Under the pieces are notes generated by a model, which saw only the letters and a program-made list of their open reading frames with translations, was not told the DNA's origin and searched no databases. Below, piece by piece: positions 10,196 through 22,920 of a DNA stretch of 64,000 bases. The stretch covers positions 3,224,001 to 3,288,000 of the forward strand of contig NC_043002.1 of assembly GCF_006345805.1 (NCBI RefSeq), given 5' to 3'. The number at the start of each line of letters is the position of its first letter. Within the stretch, counting starts at the first letter, position 1. This stretch comes from Octopus sinensis (taxonomy: Eukaryota). The position numbers and the translations under genes were made by a program.

Positions 10196-13100
10196 CTGCA
10201 AATTACAGCTTATCAGTGGAACTTAGTACACATAAGACAGGTGTATGATGAGGGCGGAATTTATTTTTGAAGAAAATTAGAAAATAAAACGCATCAAGTG
10301 CAGTAAATTCATGTGTGTACATAAAAATAGAGAAACACTTTCTGATTCCCAATACAAATTAATCAAAATTTATCTCACATCTTACAAGTAAATTTGAAAA
10401 CGAATCAAATGTGTGTGTGTGTTTATATATGTCATTCAATTACATTAGTAGTTGAATAATATTCTTAAGGCTGCAATTTACTCATGCACACCACCATTCA
10501 GTTCTTAACCAAATTGAAAAGAGGACTGGTCCTTTGCTACATTTTGGCATAAAAAAATTGAAATTTGATCCAGTAGAGAGAAGTTTACGTGAGAATTTGT
10601 AGCACTGTTATAGGAGAGTAAGTAGTGCCAACAATCAAAGATAAAAAATATACTTTAGTTTCAATGATAGAAGAAAACATGAAGAATTTCATAGTTTTGT
10701 TCCCATGCAACAAAAATTTGTATCAAAAAAGTTAGGTAAAATATCATGGAAAATATATTAGGAATGAAAGAATTGGAATTTAAGTATACTTAACTTTGTT
10801 AATTTAAAGACAAACTATATTTTAATTAAACTTAAATGGAGGAACTCAATTCGAGGAATTTCTTGGTATCAATCTCATGCAATGAAGTGTTGAGTGTTTG
10901 TTTCTCAAATTTGAGACTGATAACATAGTTCTATAAGGGGACTTTTATTGCACGTCATCGGCATCATTGGGGTAAGGAAAAAATTATCAACGACACTACT
11001 GACACAGTATTAATTAGCATAATAGCATAGCATGGGAAAATGTGAGCAAGAGAAATAATATTCTTAAGATTATAAGCCTGGAAAATACAGGACAAGTTAT
11101 TACACTTGGAAAAGTTGAGGACATCTGGTGAAGTACAGAACAAGAACATTTTTTTACTTCAAATGTTGCAGCTAAGGATAAAATTTGAACATTAAGAATT
11201 ATTTGATTTTAATTTACAAAAGTAATATAAATAAAAAGTATTTCTTTCTACTCTGAGCACAAGGCCTTGAAAATTTTTGGGAAAGGGGCTAATCGATTAC
11301 ATCGACCCCAGTGCTTAACTCGTACTTATTGCATTGACCCCGAAAGGATAAAAGCTAAGTTGACCGTAGCTTCTAAATTTGAATTTAGAACATAGCAACA
11401 GCAGAATATTGTTTCTCTTGCTTGCATTTTTCCATATATCATCGTTCAGTGACCGCCTTCCATGCTGGCAATGGGTTGGACAGTTTGCCAGGAACTCTAC
11501 AAGTAGAAGACTGTATCAGACTTCTGTGTTTGTTATGGCATGGTTTTACAGCTGAATGCCAGCCACGTTCCAGTGCGGATTGGGTGCTTTTTAAGTCACC
11601 AAAATATCTTGCAAGACAAAGGACCTTTGAGAGGGGAGGAGGGCATTGCAGGAAGGGATCTGGTATCAGATGTTGGAAAGTTAGGTTAACAGTGGCAAGA
11701 AACAGGTGTCTGGCTGTGGAGGAGGTACAAGAACAATATTCCTAAAGATGCTTGGTTTTCTTCCAAGCATGTGGGGTAACTTCCAACTGTATTTTTTTTT
11801 AAATTTGATTGTTCACAGAACTGTTGTCGGAATCGTTTTGCTTTCGGGAATGGAAGTATCCAATTCATAGTCACATGTGGTTCTTGTGTTCACCTTGTAT
11901 TTTGCAAGATTTGTATTTGCTTTCAAAATCCTTTTTTCATTCGAATTTGCTACACGGAGACCTGAAACTGGTACCTAGCGTTTGTCTACAGTGAAACATT
12001 TCATTCGTTGAGGTAGAAAAAAATCTCCCCAAATTATCAGCACTCCGATATCCTATAAAATAATGCCAGGTAGCACGAGTCAGTTGTTTACGTGGTGGCG
12101 AGATCCCGTTTTCCCATGTGTTCCAATGAAATTTGTACTGAAATTCTCGTTTAAATATGACCAAGTCATTCTGGGCAGGTTAGTAAAATGAGCTAAAATA
12201 ATTTTCAGGGGGTTGATGATGAAAGTGTTATGGTATTGTAGGTCGAGAATCAGTCCCATGATGCCTCATGAAGGACATCTGAATGCAATGCATTATGAAT
12301 CTGCGAGAGGTGAAGAGCATTGGTCTGTGGGAAGTTGTGCAGTGTATGTGTGGGAGATGGATCCTTGAAGTGATATACCAATCCCAGATCAGTATTGTAA
12401 AGACCTGAATGTCCCACCCTCTACTTACTAAATTAGCCTAGGGTTCAAGGCCCCACATCTTTCCAGTATCTGTCCGAGAAATAGGATGAGTAGAAGTGTA
12501 TTCAAAAGACACTTGGATACTTCTGTCTGCACTTCTAGAAGCACCACTGTGGACAAAGTGGTGACTGCTAAATGCAGACTGTAGGCTTTGCCGTGAGATG
12601 GTCACCCAGATCGACTTATGAGATGTGCTGTTCTGGCCTGGACATTGTGCAGTGTAATCTGTCGCCAGGATATTCCTTTTAATGCAAATTTTAAGTAGCC
12701 AGAAAATGTGGATGGTTTGTCAGTGTTGGTTTAAGAGAATTCTTGTCGAGATCTCCGTAATAATGTATGACAGGGAAAAGAAATTTAACCCAGAAAACAC
12801 ATCTAAACTAAATGAATGTTAGAGTTGAAGCTATGATCAGTGACTGGAATCACTGCTGTAATAATTAGTTATCTGAGAAGAAACAGCAAACCAGGTTCTC
12901 ATTAAAGACCTGCTGTAAATAAGTCCTTCAGAATTCAGACACCAAAGTGTAATTTCAAACCTCTTTATCCACAGATTTGCAATCTATTTATGACCTTACA
13001 AATTAAACCAGGAAAAGAGCACGTCTGTCTGTACATGTTTATGTATACAACCCCAAAGTGGGACTAGCATTCTTCACTGACCCGTTTCCTTCCTCTGTAC

Positions 13101-13949
13101 ATTTACTCCATCAGTAAACTCTTGAGAATATTCCAGTAGATACTATTCCCAAAGACTGAAAATCAAGGAGAACAATACTTTTGTCTTACCAATAAAGACC
13201 CTGTAACCTTCACAACAAATGAAAAAAATGTCAACTGTGAAGATATCCACCTGGCATATTACTGCCCCTGCTCAGGTGCTTTCTACAATGCATTGTCAGC
13301 ACGGCCCAGCAGGTTCAAGGATTATAATTTGCCTGCTCCTCATCAATCATTTCGTCCACTGGTCATTCAAGCCGATGGTCTCCCACCATGGGGCTTGTCT
13401 TCAGTGTTGGTTCCTTTTTTCTTATTCATCAGTCTTTTGTCCCCTTCTGGGGATGTCAGGCCACCTGTACCACTCTTTAATCATGATCTTCATAGTGGAA
13501 TATGGCTTCTGCTTGGAACCCATTATTTGTCAGCAGTTAATGAAAAAATGGGGGTTTTCCATTGTGTTCAGTGTGTGTGCTTAGGAGGCTGGATTCCCAA
13601 CCATGTGGTTTCGGGTTCAATTCAAATGCTTGACAGTTTAGATGTCCATTAGTGTAGACCCAGGCCTTTCTAGTGGGTACAGCCCAATTACCCGTGTGGT
13701 CAATCAGTGCTTGGCTTGTTGCCTCATGATTGGTGGTTTGCAAGAGTGAAGGGGGGGATACTTTGGATGGAATTGCTGAGCCTGGTCATGGAGGGGTCAA
13801 AGAATGTCAGTGTATTTAGCATTTGTCAACCTGGAGGGAGTATTCTACAAGGCCTTGCCCTGTGGTTCTTGTTGTCACTGGAGAAGTTAGAATGTTTTTG
13901 GCCTGCAAAAGCCATACACGCTGTGTGCTGAAACTTGATTCTCAGAGAT

Positions 13950-14420
13950 GTTGGCCTGCTTTATGCTAGTGCTCCCACTATAGTCAGGTGTCAAAGAGAG
14001 TCTGGAATCAGACAAGATCTCAATGTTGTCTTAGCAAAGATGTAAATGTCTGATGATGTTGAAAGCTGGAATGGTTTTTACCAGGTGGCTGCAGATTTGC
14101 AGGTTGTGGAAGATTTTACCAAAGACGGCCAGTCATTTGGTGTGGAGGCAAGAGAGTCGATCGTTTTGACGGAGCTGTTCTGCTCACTGAGGAGAATGAC
14201 CAGTAAAATTATCTTGAAGAATGTAAAGATGGAGGCTGGGTCATTATCAAAAGTTGGCTGTGGTCGGTTTCTGGGACGTAGTATGAGGATTCCTTGTTGC
14301 TGGGGCAAATTCCTCATGAAGGATGTCCAAGAGATGGGTGGCTCTGGCAGAAGGCTGGTTGCCAATTGTGCAGTGGATGTGATACGCATTACTTTCTGAT
14401 GGCCCCCTTCTACCTGGTAG
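13950..14420 (-). mobile_element. decayed CR1/Jockey-like LINE ORF2 fragment
   Basis: part of ORF 14078..14812; VKTIDSLASTPNDWPSLVKSS resembles the endonuclease-RT linker; weak by-eye match. Confidence 0.4.
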
Positions 14421-14658
14421 TGCTTGGTATGTGGTTTATTACTGGTATCACTTCCCATGTGCAATTTGTAAGCTTTTTTTGTCACAGACATTGTTAAGGT
14501 TGCAATTGAGGGCAGAGATGTACAGATGTCGTTCCCATCACCTTTGATCTCTCCTGACCAGTTTCCCCACCCCAATCTAATCTCTACTTTTCTCTCCACC
14601 ATCTTGTTTCTTTTTCTAGCTGGGGTGTGTGTATAATGTGCCCCCCCCCCCCCCACGT

Positions 14659-15065
14659 GTGAAAGGCAGATTGTATGATGCCTGAGCAGAAACAGCCATG
14701 CTGCATGGCAGTGACACCTCGACTGACTACCGAGGATGTGCAGGCGTTTAAAAGAACCGAAGCCAGTATGGATGGGTAGTGTCTGTGTGTTTTGAGAGGG
14801 AACTGCTGGCATTGGTCGTGGATGAGGACTGAGGCATCAGGTGGAATATTCGTTGCCTTTGTATCCTTTTTCAGTTAAGCGATCCTAATCTTGTGCCCTC
14901 GTGGGTGCCAGTGCTGCATAAAAGTACCCAGTACACTTTGTAGAGTGTACTGGGTACTTTTGGTTGGTGTCAGGAAGGGCATCCAGCCATAGAATCCATG
15001 CCAGGACAGACATTCAGTTCTTCAGCCTTGCCAGCCTGGAAAAGTTGACGTTGAACAATGACAGT
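14659..15065 (+). mobile_element. RTE LINE 3' fragment with 3'UTR tail
   Basis: GTGAAAGGCAGATTGTATGATGC homologous to 48170; tail AGGAAGGGCATCCAGC. Confidence 0.75.
14920..14961. repeat. perfect 18-bp inverted repeat, 6-nt loop
   Basis: AAAAGTACCCAGTACACT-TTGTAG-AGTGTACTGGGTACTTTT. Confidence 0.95.
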
Positions 15066-15704
15066 TGATAGTAGCTCTATATATGGTTTGTTAGAACAAA
15101 TTTTCAAAGGTTATTCATGGCTTTATCACCATTTTCCACCTTCGTCCTCTGATTCTGGTCTGTAGAATTTCTTTGTAGTTTTCAATATTTTTTTACTTGG
15201 CTATCATTATTTGTTTTGTTAAATTTTACCAGAATTACTACCAAACGTATCTACTTTCATGTGAACAATCTTGGTGAATTACTTTGGCAAAGTCCTTCTC
15301 CTCCCACCAACCCACTTGCTCACTGCTTTTTCTTCCATTGTTAACCCAACTCCCTGTCCTGTTTGTTATCACAATTCAGTCTTGTGTCTTTCATGATTTT
15401 CCATCTCTACCCTTAAATAGGTATTTCTTAATAAAAGCCCTAACAGACACAGTTAGCTAAGAGGGGTCTGTATATAAAACTGGGGTTATTGTATTTAGGA
15501 AGAAACTTCAGTGTCTGTTCTTCATTTGCTGGGAAATCCTGTTTCCCCTCTTTGTTTCAAATTGCTTTCTCTTTCCTCTCACCACTCCCATTATTAAAGT
15601 TATCCTCATTGCTAGTAGACAGTGTCTGACTGATGTAGATTTTGATGAAAACTTTTACAAATTCATTGCTCTAATTAATTTCCATGCTTTCTGTTCAACC
15701 CTAG

Positions 15705-16215
15705 GCAGGCTTATTGTATGCAGGGATGAATGGCAGTTTTGCTGGCTGGAACCTGGCAGCTAGCATTATTCTTAGTTTCACACATATTGGAGTCTGACAT
15801 AACGGTACCAGTGCCATTTAGTCAAAAAAAAAAAAGACTTTTGGAGGCTCAAGTCAGAACTGAACTAGTTTCCGTCCGTTCACTAGAATCTTCTCAGTCA
15901 AGAACTTTCATCTGCTTTATTATCATTTTTCCTTCTCCCCGGCTCATTGTAAATTGCTGATTCTTTTTTTTCATTAATCCTAATCCTCTTCCTTCCATTT
16001 TACGCTTTGCTTCTTCTCTTTTCCAATATTTCTTAAGTTCCAAACTTTCTCGCTGCTTTATTAAGTCCCATTTTAACATTGTTTGATAAAAAGTAAAGAT
16101 ATACTAAATGTATAATCTGCCTGACAGATAAGCTCCTTTTCTCTTTTTTTTTTCTTTTTCTGTACAATGTAGTTTTTCCCATAAAAAATAAAAAGTGAGG
16201 AACTCCAATCATGTT
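15705..16215 (+). other. paralog 1 3'UTR exon (after a 6.5-kb 3'UTR intron)
   Basis: tandem acceptor ctag|GCAG|GCTT identical to paralog 2; shared GGCAGCTAGC and CTTAGT; AATAAA at 16187. Confidence 0.72.
16187..16192 (+). terminator. polyadenylation signal of paralog 1 (proximal)
   Basis: AATAAA preceded by TGTA elements and a U-tract, followed by GU/U-rich sequence. Confidence 0.6.
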
Positions 16216-16245
16216 TGTTACTTTATTATTTCTATCTTAGCTTCT

Positions 16246-17230
16246 CACGGCTGAAAAGTACATAGGCTGCTCAAGATACTTTTGTGGAACATGACCAATT
16301 GAGGTTTATCTTTCATTGGTGTTGCTGTGCTTGAATCCCTTTGGTGAGGAAGCCCTCATCCTGTTGATCAAAAGCAGATGTGATAACATCATCACTTTGA
16401 TACTGGTTCCCAGCCAAGTGTTTTTCGTGTTAGGGAACAGATGAGGCCAGATCGGCAGAATGAGAGGAGGCTGATCAAACCAGTTCAGAGCCACAATCGT
16501 GCACAGCAGCCACTAAAGTCAAGGACTTGGGTGCTGTAGCATTGTCCTCATGAAGCAAGATCCCTTTCCTCAGTTTTCCTGGGTGATTGGTCATGATAGC
16601 TTTTCATAACCACCGCGGCAAGTTGGCAGAGTACTCTTTGTTGATGGTGTGGCCCTTTCGAAGGCAGTCAATAAACACAATGCCTTTTTGCACCCCAAAA
16701 ACCTGAGGCCATCACCTTCCTTGCAGATGAAATGACCTTGGCCTTCTTTGGAGCAGTTGAGGAGGAGTGTTTCCCACTGCATGGATTGTCTCAAAATGAT
16801 GAACCCAACACTGATGTTGGGTTAGGAAATGTTCAAGGATATCAGCTGGATCTGCCTCAGACAATGTCGGATTTCTCCAAGCAGAAACCTTTGTCATGCC
16901 AGGTTCCTTGTGCAGAATATTCTCAACTCTGTCTAGGGATATGCTAATAGCATTGGCTATTTGGTTTCTGGTCAATCACCTGTCGTCCATCACCATGTGG
17001 TGAACACGATCAAGGTTTTCCTCGTCAGTTATGAGAGATGTTGGGTTGTCTTCAAGACTCCTGAATTTGTTGCACTGGTGATGCAGCTGACCATCATCCC
17101 GTAACATAGCAACCATGTCTGCATGAATGTCCTACATTTCTGCATGTTTTTTAACAAGAAGAGTTGCAATTAATGCATGCAAGATGTCACACACTCCCTC
17201 ATAGTCGGCCGATGGACTTTTCAACCCCCA
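16246..17230 (-). mobile_element. decayed near-full-length mariner transposon
   Basis: GKVMASGFWGAKGIVFIDCLRKGHTINKEY and LLHEDNA motifs; degenerate TIRs GCTGAAAAGT / ACTTTTCAAC. Confidence 0.85.
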
Positions 17231-18135
17231 CCGTTTTTAGGTTTTATTTCTTGCAAATTTTTTCTAAATTACTGGCAAATTAAATTCCATAAGATTTTGC
17301 TTGATGAATTATAGAAATAGTTTGCTAGGAATATTTGTAGAAGACCATTTTTTCAGGTTTTGCTGAAGGGGTTTGGCAGTTGTGTGAGGATTGGTTGGGT
17401 TGTATTAGAATTTAGGAATCTGTTATTGCCATTTTTCTATTGAAGTGAAGCCTCTTTCTTTTGATGAATTACAAAATTTTAAAGAGGAAGGTCAAAAGAA
17501 AATACACTTTTCCCTTCTCTGGACAAGTGATATTGGGAATAATGTTTCAGGGCCAAAGCAAAGCTGGAGTTTTGACTTAACTGCCATTTGTCTTTTGATT
17601 GTAAAGCATTTTCTGTACAATGTCTGTGTGGACACATTCAAAATTTCTGTGTCAATTCCTGCTCTTAGAATTTGGTAATTCGTCTTTTCGGATTAAGGCA
17701 TGGATTTGATAACCTGGCATTAAAATTGATTCAAATAAAGAGGGATAGAAGGGCATAAGTAATTTAAAATGGTTTCCTTCTTGTTTCAGATAATGTCAAA
17801 GTATTCTTTCCTCTCTCAGACCTATTCTCGTCAATTGCACCTCGTTTGTTTCATTTCACCTGTGATGTATTCCAAATGAATGCGGTCAGTTGTTGGATGC
17901 CCGTTGATGTTGTTTCCTCTCTTTCAGACCCGGTACTCAATGATCTCCCTCTGTTTTGTGTATTATACTCTAGCTGGATACGTGGTCAGTTCCAAACAAG
18001 AAGAAGGCCTCCTGAAACGGTGTATGTCTATGGTAGTTGGCAATGCCAGGCATGTGTGTCTGTCGTCCTGCTGTTCCAACCACCCTGCAGTGGAACAACA
18101 GTCCCCCCCGCACTAGAGCCAAACTGTCAACTTAC

Positions 18136-18326
18136 CATCAACATGTGGTTCATAGGAATACATGCAGGGGATCCATTTAATACTGCTTAATGTCATCAAA
18201 AAGCAGGCAATCAGTTTGATATTGGTGAACTATTGGCATTTGTCTCGCAAGCAATTGCCGCTTGCTAAGCAAATGAAATTGAAGGGAAAAACTGTCAATT
18301 GAAAAACTGATGTTTTTATGAACCAG
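18136..18326 (-). other. candidate 191-nt non-coding exon antisense to the paralog 1 3' flank
   Basis: ttttaattcttttccccag| acceptor, ATG|gtaagt donor, stops in all frames. Confidence 0.4.
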
Positions 18327-19347
18327 CTGGGGAAAAGAATTAAAACGACTGGTAATTGTTTCTTGGTCAGTCCAACCAACCGATGGAAGCAACATATTCC
18401 TCACCTAATGATGGGATTTTTGTCTCCTTGACAAATTGTTTGGTCCTGTACATAAGAGTGCAATTGTGCACTAAAAGACAAACCAGTTCCTCAAAAGACA
18501 ACTGTAAAACTCTCTCATGATGACTGGAGGATTTGTCCACCCTGCGTCACCTCGTTCACTCATTCATTTTATTTTTATTTCTACGGATTCTGTAACCAAC
18601 ATTTAGTTTCCAATGCTTTCTCTTTAACTATTTAAATCTTTATATCTGTCTATCTACATCTTTTATATTCACACTCACACATTGTGTGTGTGTGTGTGTG
18701 TGAGTATACATATGTGCATACACACACACACCCGTTGGTTACCTGTGTGTCTGATATATTGAAGAGTTCTTCTGTTGAATCTTCAATATTGAAAAGAGGT
18801 TATTCAAGTCGATGCTGCATTCTTTGGCTTAAAGTAATCCAGCTTTACTTAGAACGCCGCACGTCCGGTTGGTTCTATTGCTTGACCTACGCTATTTCTT
18901 ATCTTCGGTTCTATAAGTCTTCAGGCATAAGTTAAATAAGTTTCCAAAAGAAAATTCTTTAATTCCTCTAACTATACTAATATTTAGACTAATAATAATA
19001 TTACAGTTTCACTCTAAATTATTCACTCTACCTACTGAAAATATCAGTGTGTCTTTAGGTGGGAAGAATTTCGCGTTGGAACATGACATACCTGCTGTGT
19101 GTGACATGCGCACGTGATATTTGTGGCCACCTTAGGAGAACGTTAATAGGTGTTTAGTGGTAGGGAGCGAACTATCTGCTTCGGTATGTGTTGTATATAT
19201 TTTATATATACATGCATACGTATACACAAACATCATTAGAAAAGAAAAAAAACTAATTGTTGGTTCCAAGCCAGCTAATCCCACGCTGGTTCGAATAAAA
19301 AAAAATCGCTTTTTTTTTTTCTTTTTCATTTTTTTTTTCCCCCACAG

Positions 19348-19404
19348 TTTGAATACTTTTAACAAGAATTCACCTTAAATGATCGCTATTTTCCCCCATG
19401 AAAG
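19348..19404 (+). other. candidate 57-nt non-coding exon downstream of paralog 1
   Basis: about 35-nt pyrimidine tract ending cccacag|, AAG|gtaatg donor. Confidence 0.45.
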
Positions 19405-20904
19405 GTAATGATTGTCAAGTAGTAGGTCTAATTAAGGGTACCTACTTAAGAGTTCTAGAAAAATATTATCAACTTATTAAAAAAATGAAAGAAAAAAACG
19501 CCACAATGTATTTTTAGACTTTAACTTGTCGGTATTCCAAACCATAGACAGTGGATTCATTCCACCTACTGTATTATTAAAGTACAACCGTTTCAAAGCC
19601 CTTAAGAGTAGAGGATAAAAGGACTATTAAGTGTCAAATATGTAACTGGGCTGATGGAAAACAAGCTAGCAAGTGAAGGATACCAGGAAATTATATTTAG
19701 ATCTTTCACAAAGTTTTTAAATTACCCTTTAAAAAAAAAAAACCATTTGAAAAATAATTGCTGTATCGTTATTTCTTATTTTTAAATAAGTTTCGTTTGA
19801 AAAAAAAAAAACTCAAATAACTGCACTAACAGACAGTGTATAGCGATATGTGTAGCCATGTTTTATCTGGGGCATAGTACTACGAGTGGTCAACTATAAA
19901 CTTACAGTTAAGGCCGTCCCTTAAGGTCTAGTGGCACAAACGGCTTCATGTTAATTGTAGTTGTACAAGGCTGATCTGAACGCTGCTTTCCGTGACATGT
20001 TAACACGTCTTTCTTGATTAACGGACGACATAACTGGGAGAGGAGGGGTTTTCTTTCTTTTTTTTTCCCTTCCTTTTAGTCTTGGGTTTTCTTTCATGTA
20101 GGTTCAGTTGTAAGACTTCAGTTTTTTCTGAAATTCAACGTTTCTTTAAACACTTCTGGCAGTCGATTCTTGCATCTGTCCATGAATTAGTTTTTTTTTT
20201 TTTTTTCCTTATGAACCATTTCTCACTCATGATTTGGTAAATAATCTGTTATTCATAGGATTAAACTCTGCTCTCGGTTAAGAAAGTAATCTACTCTTTG
20301 CCAACATGAGATGCGCACCAGTGCCCTGGTGATTATTGGATGACTTACTTGGTTGGCAACGTATTAAGAATGAAACATGTCATAAGAAGGAAAGCCAATT
20401 TAGGACGACACCATCTTTCAGATCCGATTTACTCTATTTAACATTGGTAGGCCAACATATCAAAGACATTGTCTTTTTTCCTTTTTTTCAATTTTAGTTT
20501 AGCTATACTGTTGCATGACTTCTACTGACATTAGGAAAAATGTAGGCTAAAATAAGGATGTATTGTTATACTTTAGCTGTACATCAAGGTCATACCCACC
20601 CTTTTAACCCATCAGTTTGTCTTTGTGAAACATGTAAGTGAAAAAGAAAGTCAATAAACCATAACATGTGTGTAGCAATCTTCAGAGTTTTTCTTCTTGG
20701 ATGTTCTTTGCTTCTCACTTTTTCAACTCTTTTTTTAAATACATACCGAGCCCTGGCTCACATTTTCTGATTGAGTCACACTTAAATCGGGGACAAAGGT
20801 CAGGTCCCCGGTATCCCTGTATGAAAAGTTCCCTCACCAGAGGGTAGGGGCGTTACTGTTGGATTCTTTTCCATATTTCTATGTCTGAATGGGTTAAACG
20901 AGAT

Positions 20905-21105
20905 CATTGCCAGACTGGCTCCCGTGCTGGTGGCACATTAAAAATTTTAAAAGAGCCCCATTCAAGTGTAGTTGACTGGTTTGAGATTAGGAAGGGCATC
21001 CAGCTGTGGAAATACTGCCAGATCGGATTGGAGCTGGGTTCCTGGCTTGGCAGCCCAGTCAAACCGACCAACCCATGCCAGCATGGAAAGCAGACATTAA
21101 GTGAT
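20905..21105 (+). mobile_element. RTE 3'UTR-derived short element
   Basis: GGTGGCACATTAAAA...TTAGGAAGGGCATCCAGCTGT...CCAACCCATGCCAGCATGGAAAG. Confidence 0.8.
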
Positions 21106-22284
21106 ATTGTGTCAGCTTTCTAATAAGATCTGCCAAGCAAATTAATAGAAATCTATTCAGCAGGTTTGATAAATTAAGACTACTGAATCAAAACTAAAAA
21201 GAATGAATTCTATTACCTTCTAAAATCCATTTTGCAGAGGGGCATCTTTACTATATAAGATGCATTAAAGTATACTCTGCTCCAGCATGACCTTAGCTTT
21301 ATATAAGAGAATTTACCCATGGAATGAAGAAGACCCAATCTACTGGGATCAAGTTTAACTCATTCCTATTGTCTTTGAAACATGAAATTCATTTCCATCA
21401 CTTTTACTGCTTAGCGTTTAAGCTGGTCATATCCAAGCTAAATATTCTGACCTTTCACACCCGAAGCAAATCTCAAAGCTGAGATAATGCATGATTCAAA
21501 AGAATAGATAAATAAGCATTGCATTTGACAGAGTAATTTGAATGCCAAGAGAGTGAAATGGGAAGTAAAGATTGCTCTGATGGAAACCCTGACAGTCACA
21601 GACTGGATTCATCCGACCTGAGGAGACAGCTTTTACTTAAACATCAGTTTTTATGAAATGTCAGCATGAAAAATACAAGCAGGGTCAGAAGAAAAGACAA
21701 ATTCCAGAAGTATTTGTAGAAAAATAGATTTATTTAGTTAAAAAAGGTTTATGTACATTCATTCATGCTTCCAGGATGAATAAAAGCCTCCACTTCACCA
21801 CAAGTAATCTGGAGTAAAGAGAAAAAACTATTTAAGCATAACATGTGAAAACAGTCCATGAAAAGATAGCAGCAATTGAAAGAGGAACGGAGACAACAAT
21901 AGTTATGGATGGTCATTTATTAATTTCGCACAAATGAACTTTATTTCTATTTCAATCAAAAGGGAGCTGTGGCTAAACTGGATGCTTTTTGGGGGTCATT
22001 GGAAGCAGAATTAGAAGCCTGATTGCTAAGTACTTGGGGTTACAAGTTGTCAACCGGGGATGAATTATTTGTAGCATTAAAACGGGGGCAGAGAAGCTGA
22101 GGAATACCAAAATGTGCCTCGGCCACAATAAATCAAACCCATGTTTATAAATCCACACACAATCCATACAACTGAGATGCATCTTTAAAGTATAAATATA
22201 TCCACTTAAAACTGATCAATTTAAAATCGTTAAATGTCACACTAACAGCTTCTTGTACAGACAAAAAGTTTTCAAAGAACTTAC

Positions 22285-22390
22285 CTTGTTTCCTGCTCAA
22301 AAGTTCCAAATTGAAGTCAACCAGAACTGAACGATTTGCAGAAGTTGTCCTCTTCGATATCACAGCTAGGAGTATTAAAAAAAAAAAGTC
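22285..22390 (-). other. candidate 106-nt non-coding exon
   Basis: TACTAAC branch point (22432-22426), tttttctttag| acceptor, AAG|gtaagt donor. Confidence 0.55.
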
Positions 22391-22920
22391 CTAAAGAAAA
22401 ATTTAATAAAACGTTTTAGGTAGAGGTTAGTAAGGATACCAAAAACAATCATCATTTCTACTGTAAGCAGACAAGGCCAGGAAATTTGGAAGGAGTCGAT
22501 TACTTGGTACTTATTGAAATTGACCATGGCAGAATTTGAAAAGAACACACAGCTCAGTGGTTAACAGACCAGATATAACTAAAGAAATATAAATAAATAG
22601 AGATACTGTGGAAGTTACAAAGCTTTCAGACCCAAAGTTACTCAGTTCACAAGAACCATAAATCAATGTTAAGTTCTGGGCGTCGACCAATTTCCACATT
22701 TGACAAGATAATAAAGCAGTGATGGGTGGAAGGTTTCAAACCTAATGAAAGATGTAGGAAAGGTTGTTTGCTAACATAACATGGCAGTCCTGGACTAGGA
22801 CAAATGTTGCTGTAATTTAGCCCCAGGAGACATTGTCTCCAGCTGGTTATACGACATGATCTGTGTCCTTATATTTCCGAACAAGGGAATCTAGCACCCC
22901 CACTCAGCTCAAAACAATAT

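Noticed and set aside
12216-12282. Possible C/D snoRNA (ATGATGA ... CTGA, 67 nt) in the paralog 1 3'UTR intron
   Set aside because: Poor terminal stem, no rRNA or snRNA complement that I recognise, embedded in decayed retroelement-like DNA; a snoscan run would settle it
11690-12800. Unassigned ORF fragments in the paralog 1 3'UTR intron
   Set aside because: Weak resemblance to Penelope RT and LINE zinc-knuckle remnants, too decayed to assign by eye; needs tblastn or a profile search
13073-13120. Third hammerhead-like motif on the minus strand (CTGATGG ... GAAACGGGTC)
   Set aside because: Core mutated, no stem II, stem I mismatched
14078-14812. 244-aa minus-strand ORF as a host gene
   Set aside because: Chimera of antisense RTE sequence and a decayed LINE linker; no splice or domain support
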